Part shown: in pieces, positions 35,565 through 47,300 of the stretch
Position numbering within the stretch: the first letter of the stretch is position 1
Layout of the letters: every line of letters begins with the position of its first letter
Origin: Nemertoderma westbladi
Taxonomy: Eukaryota; Animalia; Xenacoelomorpha
DNA: 47,991 bases
Assembly: GCA_032718475.1 (NCBI GenBank)
Contig: JAUCBJ010000464.1
Coordinates: 1 to 47,991, forward strand
Reading direction: 5' to 3'
The notes under the pieces: generated by a model
Told to the model about the DNA's origin: nothing
Seen by the model: only the letters and a program-made list of their open reading frames with translations
Database searches by the model: none
Program-made: the position numbers and the translations under genes

Positions 35565-35657
35565 TTTCATGTTGTGCAATTTATTCATATTGTGCAATTT
35601 ATTCATGTTGTGCAATTTATTCATTGTGCAATTTATTCATGTGGTGCAATTTATTCA
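35565..35657. repeat. 18-bp minisatellite TTGTGCAATTTATTCATG, about 5 copies
   Basis: Seen directly. Confidence 0.85.
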
Positions 35658-35772
35658 CATATAATAAATCTAAATACATTCGTATAATAATAATTAAATG
35701 ACAATCAAATTAGTGATATCGCAACCTCCTCCCCCAGACTCAACTTCATCCCAAATAGTCCTTAATAAGTCT

Positions 35773-36657
35773 TAAATTTGACTCAAATAGGTTGTTTGTG
35801 TCCCATATAGGGTGTTTGTGTCCCGTATAGGGTGTGAAGTGCTTATAATGATTTCAAATAGTTTCGAAATGTAATGGAATACCCAAAAGAATATAGAATT
35901 CATTATCATAGCTTTCATTTAAATTTGTCCCAAATAGGTTGTTTGTGTCCCATATAGGGTGTTTGTGTCCCATATAGGGTGTTTGTGTCCCAAATAGCGT
36001 ATGACTTTCTCAAAATGATTTTACGTAGTTTATAAATATAATGGAAATACTCAAAAGAAAATATAATCCACTATCATAGCTTTAATTTAAATTTGTCCCA
36101 AATAGGTTGTTTGTGTCCCATATAGGGTGTTTGTGTCCGGTATAGGGTGTGAAGTGCTTATAATGATTTCAAATAGTTTCGAAATGTAATGGAATACCCA
36201 AAAGAATATAGAATTCACTATCATAGCTTTCATTTAAATTTGTCCCAAATAGGTTGTTTGTGTCCCATATAGGGTGTTTGTGTCCCAAATAGCGTGTCAC
36301 TTTCTCCAAATGATTTTAAATAGTTTCTAAATCTCATGGAATACTCAAAAGAATATATAATTTAATACCATAGTTTTAATTTCAATTTGTCCCAAATAGG
36401 TTGCTTTTGTCCCATATAGGGTGTTTGTGTCCCGTATAGGGTGTGAATTGCGTATAATGATTTCAAATATTTTCTAAATGTAATGGAATACTCAAAAGAA
36501 TATAGAATTCACTATCATAGCTTTAATTTAAATTTGTCCCAAATAGGTTGTTTATGTCCCATATAGGGTGTTTGTGTCCCATATAGGGTGTTGAATCCCA
36601 AATAGCGTGTGACTTTCTCAAAATGATTTTATATAGTTTATAAATATAATGGAAATA
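35773..36657. repeat. Satellite array: six monomers of about 147-168 bp with 19-bp subrepeats (GTTTGTGTCCCATATAGGG), alternating A/B variants
   Basis: Monomers start near 35775, 35921, 36089, 36236, 36385 and 36531. Confidence 0.9.
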
Positions 36658-37032
36658 CTAACACATGTAGCACAAAAGCAGCAAATGACTTTCTAACTAA
36701 CTCTGTAACGTCTTTATGAATATTAACATATTATACTGATATACAAATTACATCGATTATTATAGTTAGGACAGACAGACAGGGTAAGGCGCACAACCAC
36801 GGCCTACATCTGTACATAAAATAGGCTACAGTATGGTAACTACCGGTACCTTCTTACATCCCCCGCGTTACCAAAAGATCGACCCGATCTTAATAAATGA
36901 AAATATCTATTTATCACAGTAAATTAACCAAATTTACAACACAAATTAAATTACTTTCAGTTTCACTCATCTCAAAGTCAAAATAATTGTAATCGTAACA
37001 AACAATTAAAATATATGAAAAATACAGAAGTT

Positions 37033-40000
37033 TTATTTATTTGCACAATCTGCACAAAACCACTTTTCTGTATTTGGTTCACCAGTTAATCCTACACAAT
37101 GAAAATGAAACCAGTCCATACATTTATCACAACCTACCATCGATGGTCCGTCATCTTGCCACGGAATACCACATAAAGGACATAAAATAATTTCTGATTC
37201 ATTTTCAAATGGTGGTTCTTCGTTCTCACGTTTACAATCAGTTTCGCGACCTAACGGAGCATTAGGTTGTCTAGTTGTCAAGGTTATTCCTGTCGGTAGT
37301 GATGGCAAATAAGGTCCTGCTCGCAACCTAACGTCATCTCTACTAATAGTTTTTGATTTATCGCTAGTTTTATTTAATTGAATAACCTTCACATTTTTAT
37401 TGTCTAAATCTACAATTCGAAAGGGTCCTGAGTATTTTGGAGCAAGTTTATGGTCCGAACCAGGTAAAATAGAATGATCTCTGCACCAAACTAAATCTCC
37501 TACTCTAACATCAACTGCACATACTTTCTTATCAAAATTACGTTTCTGCACAATTTGAGACTCATGTATGGCTTTTCTAGCTAGAGACCAAATTTCTGAC
37601 ATTCTCTCACCTATAATTCTAGCTCGTTGATCAGGTGTAAATTTATCACCTTTTGGAATAATTAAATTGTCCACCGGTCTTCTAGCTTCAAAACCATGCA
37701 TTACATAAAATGGAGTCTGATTAGTACTACTTTGTACTGTATTGTTATAAGCAAATTGGACAATAGGTAGAAATTCATCCCAATTTCTATCTTTGTGGTT
37801 TGTTACTGCACGTAATAATCTAATTACTGTTTGTATTGTTCTTTCAGCCAAACCATCGGATTGAGGATGATATGGAACTGCAAATATTTTTTTCGTATTA
37901 CAACGTTGCGCAATTTCATGCACTAATTTCGATCGATAATTAGGACCTTGATCGCTAAGTAGTAATTCTGGAGCACCGTAACGTAAAACTATGCGATTTA
38001 CAAAAGCATTCGCAGTCTCTACTGCTGTCGAATTACGAAGTGCTACAAATTCACAATATTTCGTCAAATAATCTATAAATATTGCAATATATGTAAACCC
38101 ATTTCTAGTTGGAATAAACGGTCCTAATAAATCAGATGCTACTCTCTCATAAGGTCTATCTACTTCAATTGATTCGAGTTCATGTCTGGTTCTAGAATCT
38201 CGACTTACTGCACATTTTATACAATTTCTATAATACAAATCAATAGCACTGTACATACCTTTCCAATAATAAAAACGAATTATAGTACTATACATTTTTG
38301 AAGTTGCAAAATGTCCAGACGAACTCGTTGAATGGTATGCTTCTAACAAAATATCTTGTAAAATCTTCGGCACAACACTAAGCAATCTAACTTCACTACT
38401 TCTACTACCTTTTACTTGGTATCTATAATAAAGTATATTATCTTTCAACTCATAATGTTGTGCCTCCAATAAAATAAGATTCGCTTGTTTCTTATTATTT
38501 GGTAATTCTTTATCTCGCAAATATAGAATAATCGGTCTAAGTTTTTGATCTTGTATTTGTTTTATACCTAGATCCATTTTTAACGGCACAAAATTTATAT
38601 CAGGGTCTACACTCAAAATATCAACATCTTTCTCTTTAATCAAATCTATTGGACATTGTCCGCTCGATTTTTCAACACAACATTGTGGTGCCAACCGACT
38701 CATAGCGTCAGCATCACTATGTTTAGGTCCGGGTCGATAGCGGATCTCACAATTAAATTGAGACAACCACATCGCCCAACGTGCTAATCGACCTTCAAGA
38801 TTACTAGCTGTAAGTAAATGAGTTAAAGCTGTATGGTCCGTATACACAATAAATCGACGGCCATACAAATATGATTTAAAATGTTTTATTGCCCAAATCA
38901 CAGCTAAACATTCTAAGTGACTAATACCGTAGTTACTTTCACTACCATGCAATACTCTAGATGCATAACCTACAGGCTGTGGTTTATCGAACTCATTTAA
39001 CTGCGCTAAAACGGCGCCAAGTCCAGTTTTACAAGCATCAGTATGAATATAAAAGTCTTTACTAAAATCTGGATGTACAAGACATGGTGGATTAGTTAGC
39101 GCGCGTTTAATATCGTCAAACGCGTTTTTTTGCAGTGTTCCCCATACAAAAACTACGTCATTCTTAATCAAGGTAGTAAGAGGTTTCAATCTATGAGCGC
39201 AATGTGGGATATAAACTCTATAATATGAGGCTAACCCGGTAAAACTACGAACATCTTGTTTATTTGTTAGCTCTTTGATACTAACAATTGCGTTAACTTT
39301 CTCCGGATCTGGGTGCCTCCCTAATTTATCTACTACATGTCCCAAATAAACAATTCGAGGTACAATAAAATAACACTTTTTAAGTTTCAGTTTTATACCT
39401 GCTTTTTCTAACGCACTTAAAACTAATTCTAATCTCTCTTTAGCCTCTAAAAATGTGTGACCAAAAATTAACACATCATCCATATAAATTAAACAACTTG
39501 TGTACTGCAACCCGTACAACGCTAAGTCCATAACACGTTGCCACGACGACGGTGCGTTACACAACCCAAAAGGCATTCTATTGAACTGGTAGAAGCCTTT
39601 ATGTGTAGCAAATGCAGTCTTACAGCGGTCTTCAGTTGCTACGTTAATCGCCCAATATGCCGAAAATGCGTCTAGTACTGTGAAGTACATTCGTTTTTTA
39701 GTTCGTTCTGGCGACCCAATACAATCCATCAATTCTTGGATCGATGGTAATGGATATGCATCCTTCTTCGTAATCGCGTTTAATTGTCTGTAATCAACAC
39801 AGAATCTATAACCTCCCCCTTTCTTTAGAGCGAATACCGGACGAGACATCCACGGACTCTCGGAACTCTCAATAATTCCTTTTGCCAGCATTGACTCGAT
39901 ATGCTGTTCTACCATTGGCCAATGCGATCGTGGTATACGTCCCCCTTTTTGGCGAATCGGTGCCGATTCACCAGTATTAATATGATGTTGGACACCTGGT

Positions 40001-42222
40001 ATAAAACCAACATCCGTCTCGTCACGAGCGAAAACTGTTTTATGTTTAAACGCAATATTAATAATCTCATCTTTCTCAACTTCATCACATTCTTCGAATC
40101 CAAATTGCATTTCAGATTTTAGTTCTTCTCTAGTCCATGGCTTCTTTGTTGTTTCTTGTACTGGATATGACATACAAGTATCACTTTCATCTTCAATTAA
40201 TATTTCTGATTCAACATTAATTGTATTTACAGTTCCCAATTTAGTTTTCTTGTTTATTCTGATTGGAATTTCAAAAGGATTCATCAATTGTACAGGAATT
40301 TGTTGTAATTCATCCGGTTCTACTAGAGCGCAAGCTGCTGTAACCGAATGGCGCTTTGGGAGTTTAACTGCCTGATCGAAAACTACCGACTGAGATTCAC
40401 CTCGATTGATATGCGAATCAAGTTGACCAGTAATAATTAAACGACTTCTAGGAGGAATTATTACAACATCACTACACCACACCACCGACGATTCACTTTC
40501 GCCGATTACTCTAGACTTCATCTTCGATGGAATCTCCTTTCCATCTACAGATATTGTTAAATGACCTTGCGTCATGTCAAGGACACATCCAAATGCAGCC
40601 AGTAAATCCAATCCAATCAATAATTCATGTCTGCAGTTCTTTTGCACTAGTAGATCAACTTCATGTTCCAATTCTCCCAGTTTCATTTCAGTTCTAATAA
40701 TACCATCAATATCCAACGAATGTCCTGAAGCAGATTTCGGATCGTAAGGTACTGAACGTTTATTAAATTTCATCTTTGTTTTATTCTGTAGTCTAAGCAA
40801 TGTTGCTGGACTAATAATAGAAACTTCACTTCCAGGGTCTACAAAACCAATAATATTTATACCATTGAGAGTAGCAGACACAAATGCACGGCGTAAGCAT
40901 TGACCGTTCCATCCTTTGTTTGAATCTGGTTCAATGGAATCACAGAATGCTTCATCTATATTCTCAGAAAAACAATCTCGATAATCTTCCTTCTCTAGAT
41001 TCATCATATCATTTCCAATTTGTACAAGACTACAACCAAGTTCACCTTTTGTAGTCGTTTCTGTAGCTTTCCCTTTACTACGGGATGAAATTTCCATAAT
41101 GTTTTCTTTACAATCTTTAGCAATGTGTCCCGTTTTCCTACATTTGTAGCAAAATGTGGGTGCTCGACATTGTGATGCTACGTGTCCATTTTTATTGCAA
41201 TTGAAACATTTTTCATTTCGATTTCCAGAGTAATAATTTCCTTTCCTTTGGTCCCTCTTACAAAATTTATGTTTATCTGAATTTGAAAACCCAGCTGTTA
41301 CAGTGGATACATCAGTACTTCCAGACTGGCTACCAATGCTACGAGGATATTCAACATCAAACTCATGGGCTTTCTGAAATAATTCTTTCCATGTAGAATC
41401 TGGGTTATTTCGACGCCACCCTTTTAATCGACCCCGAACTTCATTACGAATATTCATTGAAAAGAAATCCTGTAGAATTCCTTGTTCGCCATCTTCCGAA
41501 TGCTCTTCTCGTCGACGACGGACTGTCATCATAAACCTCTCTATATATTCCGGCACTGTCTCATTAATTCCTTGCCGACAGTTGGCAACATCGCCAGCTG
41601 TACTTCGCTTATGATCCCCCAATATTCGTATTATCGCTCTCTTTAAGGTATCGTAAGTCGAATTATCACTTTCATCTAAAGTTTCCTCTAACATTTTATG
41701 TAAATGCCCTATCTTTACAAGCAACCGATTTTTCTGTTCCATTATTGGTACCTGTGAATCTTTCATAACCCTCTCATAATGGTCATCAAACCATTCGTCT
41801 ATTGACATGACTTTAGGATCAAACGGTGGAATCTTCTCTGTCGACTTCGTTGATCGTTCCGCAGTAAACCGTGAGCTAAATCCAGGACTTCTCGAAGGAA
41901 CATCTATTTCAACATCATCATGGGTAGGCCCCCTCGGCGCCCGTGTGATATTAGAAGCCATCAGATTATTAAACATCTCTTCTTCTCTACGGTTTCTTTC
42001 TGCTGCTTCAAATTGCGCTCTTTCGATCCTTACTGTCTCATTTGCATGTAAACTATTCATCATATCTGATATCATTTTAGTTTGAGCCTCCATTGTCCTC
42101 GCCATCGTATCTGCGAATGTTTGCATCATTAATTTAAATTCTCCATCTCGAGTTGATTCAGCAGATGCACCTTCTGTAGTCTTTGACTTCGTAGATCCTT
42201 CGCCTTGACTATGTTTACTCAT
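37033..42222 (-). CDS. gag-pol: Gypsy Gag-Pol polyprotein (Gag CCHC x2, protease, RT, RNase H, integrase, C-terminal PHD finger)
   Basis: CFNCNKNGH and CYKCRKTGH; FVDPGS; RFCVDYRQLN, MPFGLCNAP, YMDD; TDAC, TDH, DAMSR; HHCC, SDQG, PQSDGLAER, GPF; terminal C4HC3 PHD. First ATG at 42222 (frame open from 42357). Confidence 0.95.
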   Translation of the reverse strand: MSKHSQGEGSTKSKTTEGASAESTRDGEFKLMMQTFADTMARTMEAQTKMISDMMNSLHANETVRIERAQFEAAERNRREEEMFNNLMASNITRAPRGPTHDDVEIDVPSRSPGFSSRFTAERSTKSTEKIPPFDPKVMSIDEWFDDHYERVMKDSQVPIMEQKNRLLVKIGHLHKMLEETLDESDNSTYDTLKRAIIRILGDHKRSTAGDVANCRQGINETVPEYIERFMMTVRRRREEHSEDGEQGILQDFFSMNIRNEVRGRLKGWRRNNPDSTWKELFQKAHEFDVEYPRSIGSQSGSTDVSTVTAGFSNSDKHKFCKRDQRKGNYYSGNRNEKCFNCNKNGHVASQCRAPTFCYKCRKTGHIAKDCKENIMEISSRSKGKATETTTKGELGCSLVQIGNDMMNLEKEDYRDCFSENIDEAFCDSIEPDSNKGWNGQCLRRAFVSATLNGINIIGFVDPGSEVSIISPATLLRLQNKTKMKFNKRSVPYDPKSASGHSLDIDGIIRTEMKLGELEHEVDLLVQKNCRHELLIGLDLLAAFGCVLDMTQGHLTISVDGKEIPSKMKSRVIGESESSVVWCSDVVIIPPRSRLIITGQLDSHINRGESQSVVFDQAVKLPKRHSVTAACALVEPDELQQIPVQLMNPFEIPIRINKKTKLGTVNTINVESEILIEDESDTCMSYPVQETTKKPWTREELKSEMQFGFEECDEVEKDEIINIAFKHKTVFARDETDVGFIPGVQHHINTGESAPIRQKGGRIPRSHWPMVEQHIESMLAKGIIESSESPWMSRPVFALKKGGGYRFCVDYRQLNAITKKDAYPLPSIQELMDCIGSPERTKKRMYFTVLDAFSAYWAINVATEDRCKTAFATHKGFYQFNRMPFGLCNAPSSWQRVMDLALYGLQYTSCLIYMDDVLIFGHTFLEAKERLELVLSALEKAGIKLKLKKCYFIVPRIVYLGHVVDKLGRHPDPEKVNAIVSIKELTNKQDVRSFTGLASYYRVYIPHCAHRLKPLTTLIKNDVVFVWGTLQKNAFDDIKRALTNPPCLVHPDFSKDFYIHTDACKTGLGAVLAQLNEFDKPQPVGYASRVLHGSESNYGISHLECLAVIWAIKHFKSYLYGRRFIVYTDHTALTHLLTASNLEGRLARWAMWLSQFNCEIRYRPGPKHSDADAMSRLAPQCCVEKSSGQCPIDLIKEKDVDILSVDPDINFVPLKMDLGIKQIQDQKLRPIILYLRDKELPNNKKQANLILLEAQHYELKDNILYYRYQVKGSRSSEVRLLSVVPKILQDILLEAYHSTSSSGHFATSKMYSTIIRFYYWKGMYSAIDLYYRNCIKCAVSRDSRTRHELESIEVDRPYERVASDLLGPFIPTRNGFTYIAIFIDYLTKYCEFVALRNSTAVETANAFVNRIVLRYGAPELLLSDQGPNYRSKLVHEIAQRCNTKKIFAVPYHPQSDGLAERTIQTVIRLLRAVTNHKDRNWDEFLPIVQFAYNNTVQSSTNQTPFYVMHGFEARRPVDNLIIPKGDKFTPDQRARIIGERMSEIWSLARKAIHESQIVQKRNFDKKVCAVDVRVGDLVWCRDHSILPGSDHKLAPKYSGPFRIVDLDNKNVKVIQLNKTSDKSKTISRDDVRLRAGPYLPSLPTGITLTTRQPNAPLGRETDCKRENEEPPFENESEIILCPLCGIPWQDDGPSMVGCDKCMDWFHFHCVGLTGEPNTEKWFCADCANK

Positions 42223-42485
42223 TTTGTCCGCCTCCTCTATTTCTTTATGGTAATTCTCTCTAACTTCCTTTGGCGACTGGCGAGTTATCCGTTTTTTTGA
42301 ATCCAGCTCTCTATTCCTGTATTCAGTTAGTAGTCGCTGTATAGGCAATAGGTGCACCCTACCCTTCTCATATTCTAGTAGTCTGCTGTCTGTTCTAGGC
42401 TGTCTGTTCTATCTGTCTATGTACCGGCACCGGTTCTCTATGTTTACTGCCGAACTCCTCCAACAACTGTGCTATTTCAAGCGCA

Positions 42486-42500
42486 TCGGTGGGACCTCCA
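42486..42500 (-). promoter_or_regulatory. Primer-binding site complementary to the tRNA-Gln 3' end
   Basis: TGGAGGTCCCACCGA directly after the 5' LTR; eukaryotic tRNA-Gln ends ...TCGGTGGGACCT(CCA). Confidence 0.85.
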
Positions 42501-42730
42501 TGTAATGGGCGGCTTATCTGCTTTAGCCTCAACCCCCCTCCCTCGAGTTCTCTAGCGCATGTAGCACAAAAGCAGTAACGTCTTTATGAATATATTAACA
42601 TATTATACTGATATACAAATTACATCGATTATTATAGTTAGGACAGACAGACAGGGTAAGGCGCACAACCACGACCTACATCTGTACATAAAATAGGCTA
42701 CAGTATGGTAACTACCGGTACCTTCTTACA
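42501..42730 (-). repeat. Gypsy 5' LTR (230 bp)
   Basis: TGTAA...TTACA ends; matches 36658-36858 except for a 24-bp indel and a few changes. Confidence 0.88.
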
Positions 42731-44318
42731 ATAGGGTACATCAACTCAACCTGCAGACCTGTCTGCTGTCAGACAACAGGTTTTACTGCATACTGCAGTA
42801 CTGTATAAATATCAAACATCGCGTTCTGATTATATTAAAGTCCCTTTCTCGTCATAAATATTAGGCCCTAATAAATTTGAGTATGCTAACGCCACGAAAG
42901 GCATCGTTCCATTAGATTAACTCGTTCTGATTTAATATATGTTTATTGAGTAAGAGTAACCTAAACAAACAACCATCATCGCGGGGACTATAGTCTACCA
43001 GAACCCCTGACCCCCCTCTGCCCCTCTTTATCTGTTTATCAACCATACATCCATGGGACTTGAACAGTACTTCAGCATTGAAATGTTTTGGACGTTTTGT
43101 TATGAAAGTAAAAAAATAGAAGTCTGAAAGTTTTGTTTGTTTTAATTTTTCAGTCAGTCACATTCCACCAAACCAGCAACAGTCCCATCCCTTCCCACTA
43201 TCCCGCGGACCACCACACTGTTTCATTATACTGTTATAAAGTATTCCCATCTCGATGATGGGAATTAATCAGTAATCCGATGGGATTCAAATCCCATCTC
43301 GAAGTAACAGCAAAACAATAACGAAAGTCAATAGCTTTACAGTTATATTTGATTGCATTGAAAGTTAATAGAAAGAAGAAGTTAAATTGCATATCCATTA
43401 AAATATCATGAAATTGATACGGCAGTTTATAGTAGATTAAAACGGCCACAGGCCACAGCAAGATTTATAAAATGAATAATAAGTAAAATCAGCACACAAT
43501 ATTATCAATATAGACATTGAAGAGAATTTAATAAACAAATATTATAAAAAATATCTACTAACAATCAATACATGATATACTGATATATATAATATATATA
43601 CATCAGCAACTACCATCGCCACTCTGGTTCAATCAGTCAGTCCGGTATCATTGTTAGCGTTTTGTTGAATCACCCACTCATCCTCAGACCCTCATGGACA
43701 CCGACGACGAGCTCTAACCCTAACCGTTAGTCGATTCCTCCTTGACTGGAAACATCAGGTTCGGGCCGTTCGGCCCATACAAAGTCATTAGCCTCCATGC
43801 CTGAACCCGCAGGATCATAAGATCTACAGTATGTATCGGTATATCGTTCAGTCATTTTTTCCTTTGTCAGTACTGTAGTATTGATAGGCTCCGTCTCAAT
43901 TCAATTCAATTATTATATTATTTCATGATAGATATATATAAATTTATTTACCGCACTTATAATATAGAAATATTGATATATATATGTATAGATGTATATT
44001 AAAAAAAAAAAAGTGCAGGCTGGTTATATGGCTGGTGGCAATAGCCGAGCTAGTCAAGGCCTCCAGCTAAACCAATTGGGGGGGGGGGGGGGGGGGGGGG
44101 TAATTAAAAATAGATGTACTCACGGGTTGTCAGAATTTATATTATTATTTGTATTGTATTTAATTAATTTCGTCAATTTTAAATATTTAAAATAACAAAT
44201 CCAAAAGTGTAGTATCCTACCATGCGGCCCCTTAATAGATTAATATTTATTTTTTAAATATGATTGTATTATTTTATTATATTATTACTATAATTATTTA
44301 TTTATATATTAATATTAT

Positions 44319-47300
44319 TTAAGTCATATTGTCTTTCAGGTGTTTTTTTAATGTTTGTTTAAATATTGTTGCGGATTTTATATTTATAATATTGTTTGGT
44401 AGACTGTTCCAAAATAAAGGTCCTAACACGGAGATAGATTGGTGAGCGACATGTAGATGAGTTAGAGGAATTACTAGTTTACCTGAGGCGGACGATCGGG
44501 TGTTGTAATGATGAAATTCAGATGATTTAGAAAATAGAGTCGATAAAGGGTGATTTGTATTTGATAAAGCATCAAAAAGTAGTTGGCCTAAGTGAAATTT
44601 AAATAGAGATTCAAGGGGGAGAATATTTAATGATCTGTAAATAGGGATAGAGGAAGCTTGGTAGTGGCTAAAAGTTATGCAGCGAATTATTTTATTAATT
44701 TTTATTCTAAGCGGGCGTATTGTCGTTGTATGTGTGGAACCCCATGCTAATATAGAGTATGTAATATACGGATGTACGAGACAGAAGTAGAGTGTGCGAA
44801 GAATTTCAAGGGGAAATATGTGCCTTAATTTATAAAAAATGCCTGATGTTTTGCAAATTTTAGCGAGGATATAATTAATATGTGATTTCCAATTTAGTTT
44901 TCGGTCCATCAATACACCTAGAAATTTCGCACACTCCACCTGTTTAATATTATTGTTTTTTATTTTTATTTTCGGTAAGCAGTCGTGCCGTTGATTACTG
45001 GATATGAAATATTCTGTTTTAGTTAGGTTTAGTGATAAGCGGTTGTCGACTAGCCAATCAGAGATCTTGTCTAGCTCGTAGTTAGCAGTAGTAATTAGTA
45101 GTTCAAGATCTTTGTGGCTATGAAGAAGGGTTGTGTCATCAGCGAAGAGGGTGGTCAGAAGGTTAGAAGCGTTAGGTAGATCATTAATATATAGTAAGAA
45201 GAGTAGTGGTGATAATACCGAACCTTGGGGAGTGCCACAACTCAGATGCAAAGGCGGTGAAAGACAGTTATTTAGAGAAACAGATTGTGACCGGTTTGAT
45301 AAAAAGCTTTGAAATAAATTTTTTGGTGTTCCGCGGATTCCATATGTATCTAATTTTTTTAATAAAATGTTGTGATCTAATGTATCGAATGCTTTTTTCA
45401 AGTCGATATAGATAGCACAGGCTGAGTTTTTAGAGTCCAGTATAGATCGAATTTTTTCAGTAACCGTTAATATGGCATATGATGTTGATATTTTTTTCCT
45501 GAAGCCGAACTGTCGTGATGTTAAAATTGAAAAGCGTTCGAGGTAGTTTTGAAGTTGGGAATATATAATTTGTTCATAAATTTTGCTAAATACCGGTAAG
45601 AGAGAAATTGGGCGATAGTTATTTGGATCGAGTGGATCACCCCCCTTATAGTTTGGTATTATTTTAGCATATTTTAGGCAATCAGGAAAGTTTCCAATAG
45701 TAATAGATAGGTTAATTAGGTAAGTAAGGTGGTGAGCAAGTGGTTCAGCAATGGTTCTTAGAAGTTTAGTAGGAAAGTTATCATTAGTAGCGGAGTTTGT
45801 ATTTAATTGTAGTATCAAGTAGTGGATTTCCGGGACAGTAGTGGGTACTAGAGAGAATGATTTAGAATTATAGCTACGGATGTGTCGGGTAGGTGATCGT
45901 ACTGGGCGGGGCATAGAACGTTCTAATTTTGAGCCTATAGAACTGAAATGCTCATTTAATGTGGAGGCAATTTTAATAGGGTCATTTGTTGTTTTGATGC
46001 CGTCGCTCGTAATAAAATTCATCTTAGTTGGCATTGCCGATTTTTTGGATCTATGTAGAACAGAATTAATAACAGCCCAGGTTTTGCGCATGTTGCCTCT
46101 GTTTTTATTAAATTGTGACTCATAGTACGATTTTTCTGCAGCTTTTAATATTGTATTAAGACCGTTTTTATATTTTTTGTAATTTGATTCGTTATATGCT
46201 ATTGGAATTTTTAAAAATTTGGAGAAAAGTCTGTTCTTTTTTTTAATACATTTTAATAAGGCTTGAGTTATCCATGGTTTGTGTGTAATCTTCCTTTTCG
46301 GTATAAATTTTTTTGGTAGGTGTTTATTACATATTTTTTCAAAATATTGGTAAAAGTGTTCGAATTTTGATTCATTTGGAATATCTTGCGATCTGTATGA
46401 GCTCATTGGAACCGATTGGAAGTCAAATAAAAAGTCTGTGGCCTTAAATTTTGAGTAGTCATAGGTTGTTATTTTTTTGGGTTGTTCAAAAAATGCTGAG
46501 AACTCCTGAAAAATTGCAAAAGTTGCTAAATGGTCCGTTGTGCCATACTCAGATAAAAAGACTCCAGAGCTGTTTATGCATGTCGAAATATTTGTAATTA
46601 TATGATCCAGGGTAGAGTTTGCTCCAAAGACTATACGTGTAGGTTGTTTTATAAGCTGAGTAAATCCGTAAGAGGATATTGTCTTAAGATATTGGGAACT
46701 TTCCTTGGTTATTTTGTTAAGGTTTACGTTAAAATCGCCAGCAAGTACAATATCTACATTTAGATTAGAGATGGATAACAAAAGTTTATCGAAAATTTCA
46801 TGGAATGTATTAAAATTAACAGATGGTGGTCTGTAGATTATACCTACTAAGAGATTTTTATTGCTATTTGTTTTAATTTGAATCCACTTGTTTTCAATTC
46901 CGTCGACTTTTAATTCAGGTTTTTCCAGAAAATTTATGTTGTCTTTGATGTAGTAGCCTACGCCCCACCCAGTACCAGTTTTTCTTCCGCTCGGCCGGGC
47001 TGAAAGGAAGGGACCGGCATATCCTTCTATTTGTAGTTTACTTAAGTCTTCATTCTCGCCTACGAGAGTTTCTGAAAAAGTTAGCATATCGAAATCATGT
47101 TCTAATGTACTTAAAATATCGGTAGTTGGTGATAGATTTCGGTTTAAACTCCTACAGTTGAGGTGGAAAATAGAAAAGTTAGGTTTAGAATTTATCAACT
47201 GAATTTCATCATTGAACCCGTCGTCAGTATAGTATTCGCTATACCTGGCGGTGTTTAAGATATGTATATCAGGGTCTATTGAACTAAATTTTGGATTGGT

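Larger units (their letters stand above)
36658..42730 (-). mobile_element. Ty3/Gypsy LTR retrotransposon with intact single gag-pol ORF; 3' LTR truncated
   Basis: 5' LTR 42501-42730 (TGTAA...TTACA); 3' LTR about 36658-36858 lacks roughly 50 bp of its distal end; PPT GCGGGGGA next to 36858; tRNA PBS present. Confidence 0.93.

Noticed and set aside
35773-36657. Repeat-spacer appearance resembling a CRISPR array
   Set aside because: The spacers are themselves repeated, the context is eukaryotic, and there are no cas genes.
43670-43815. Structured GC-rich segment considered as a hammerhead ribozyme
   Set aside because: The CUGAnGA...GAAA core is not present in the correct arrangement on either strand.
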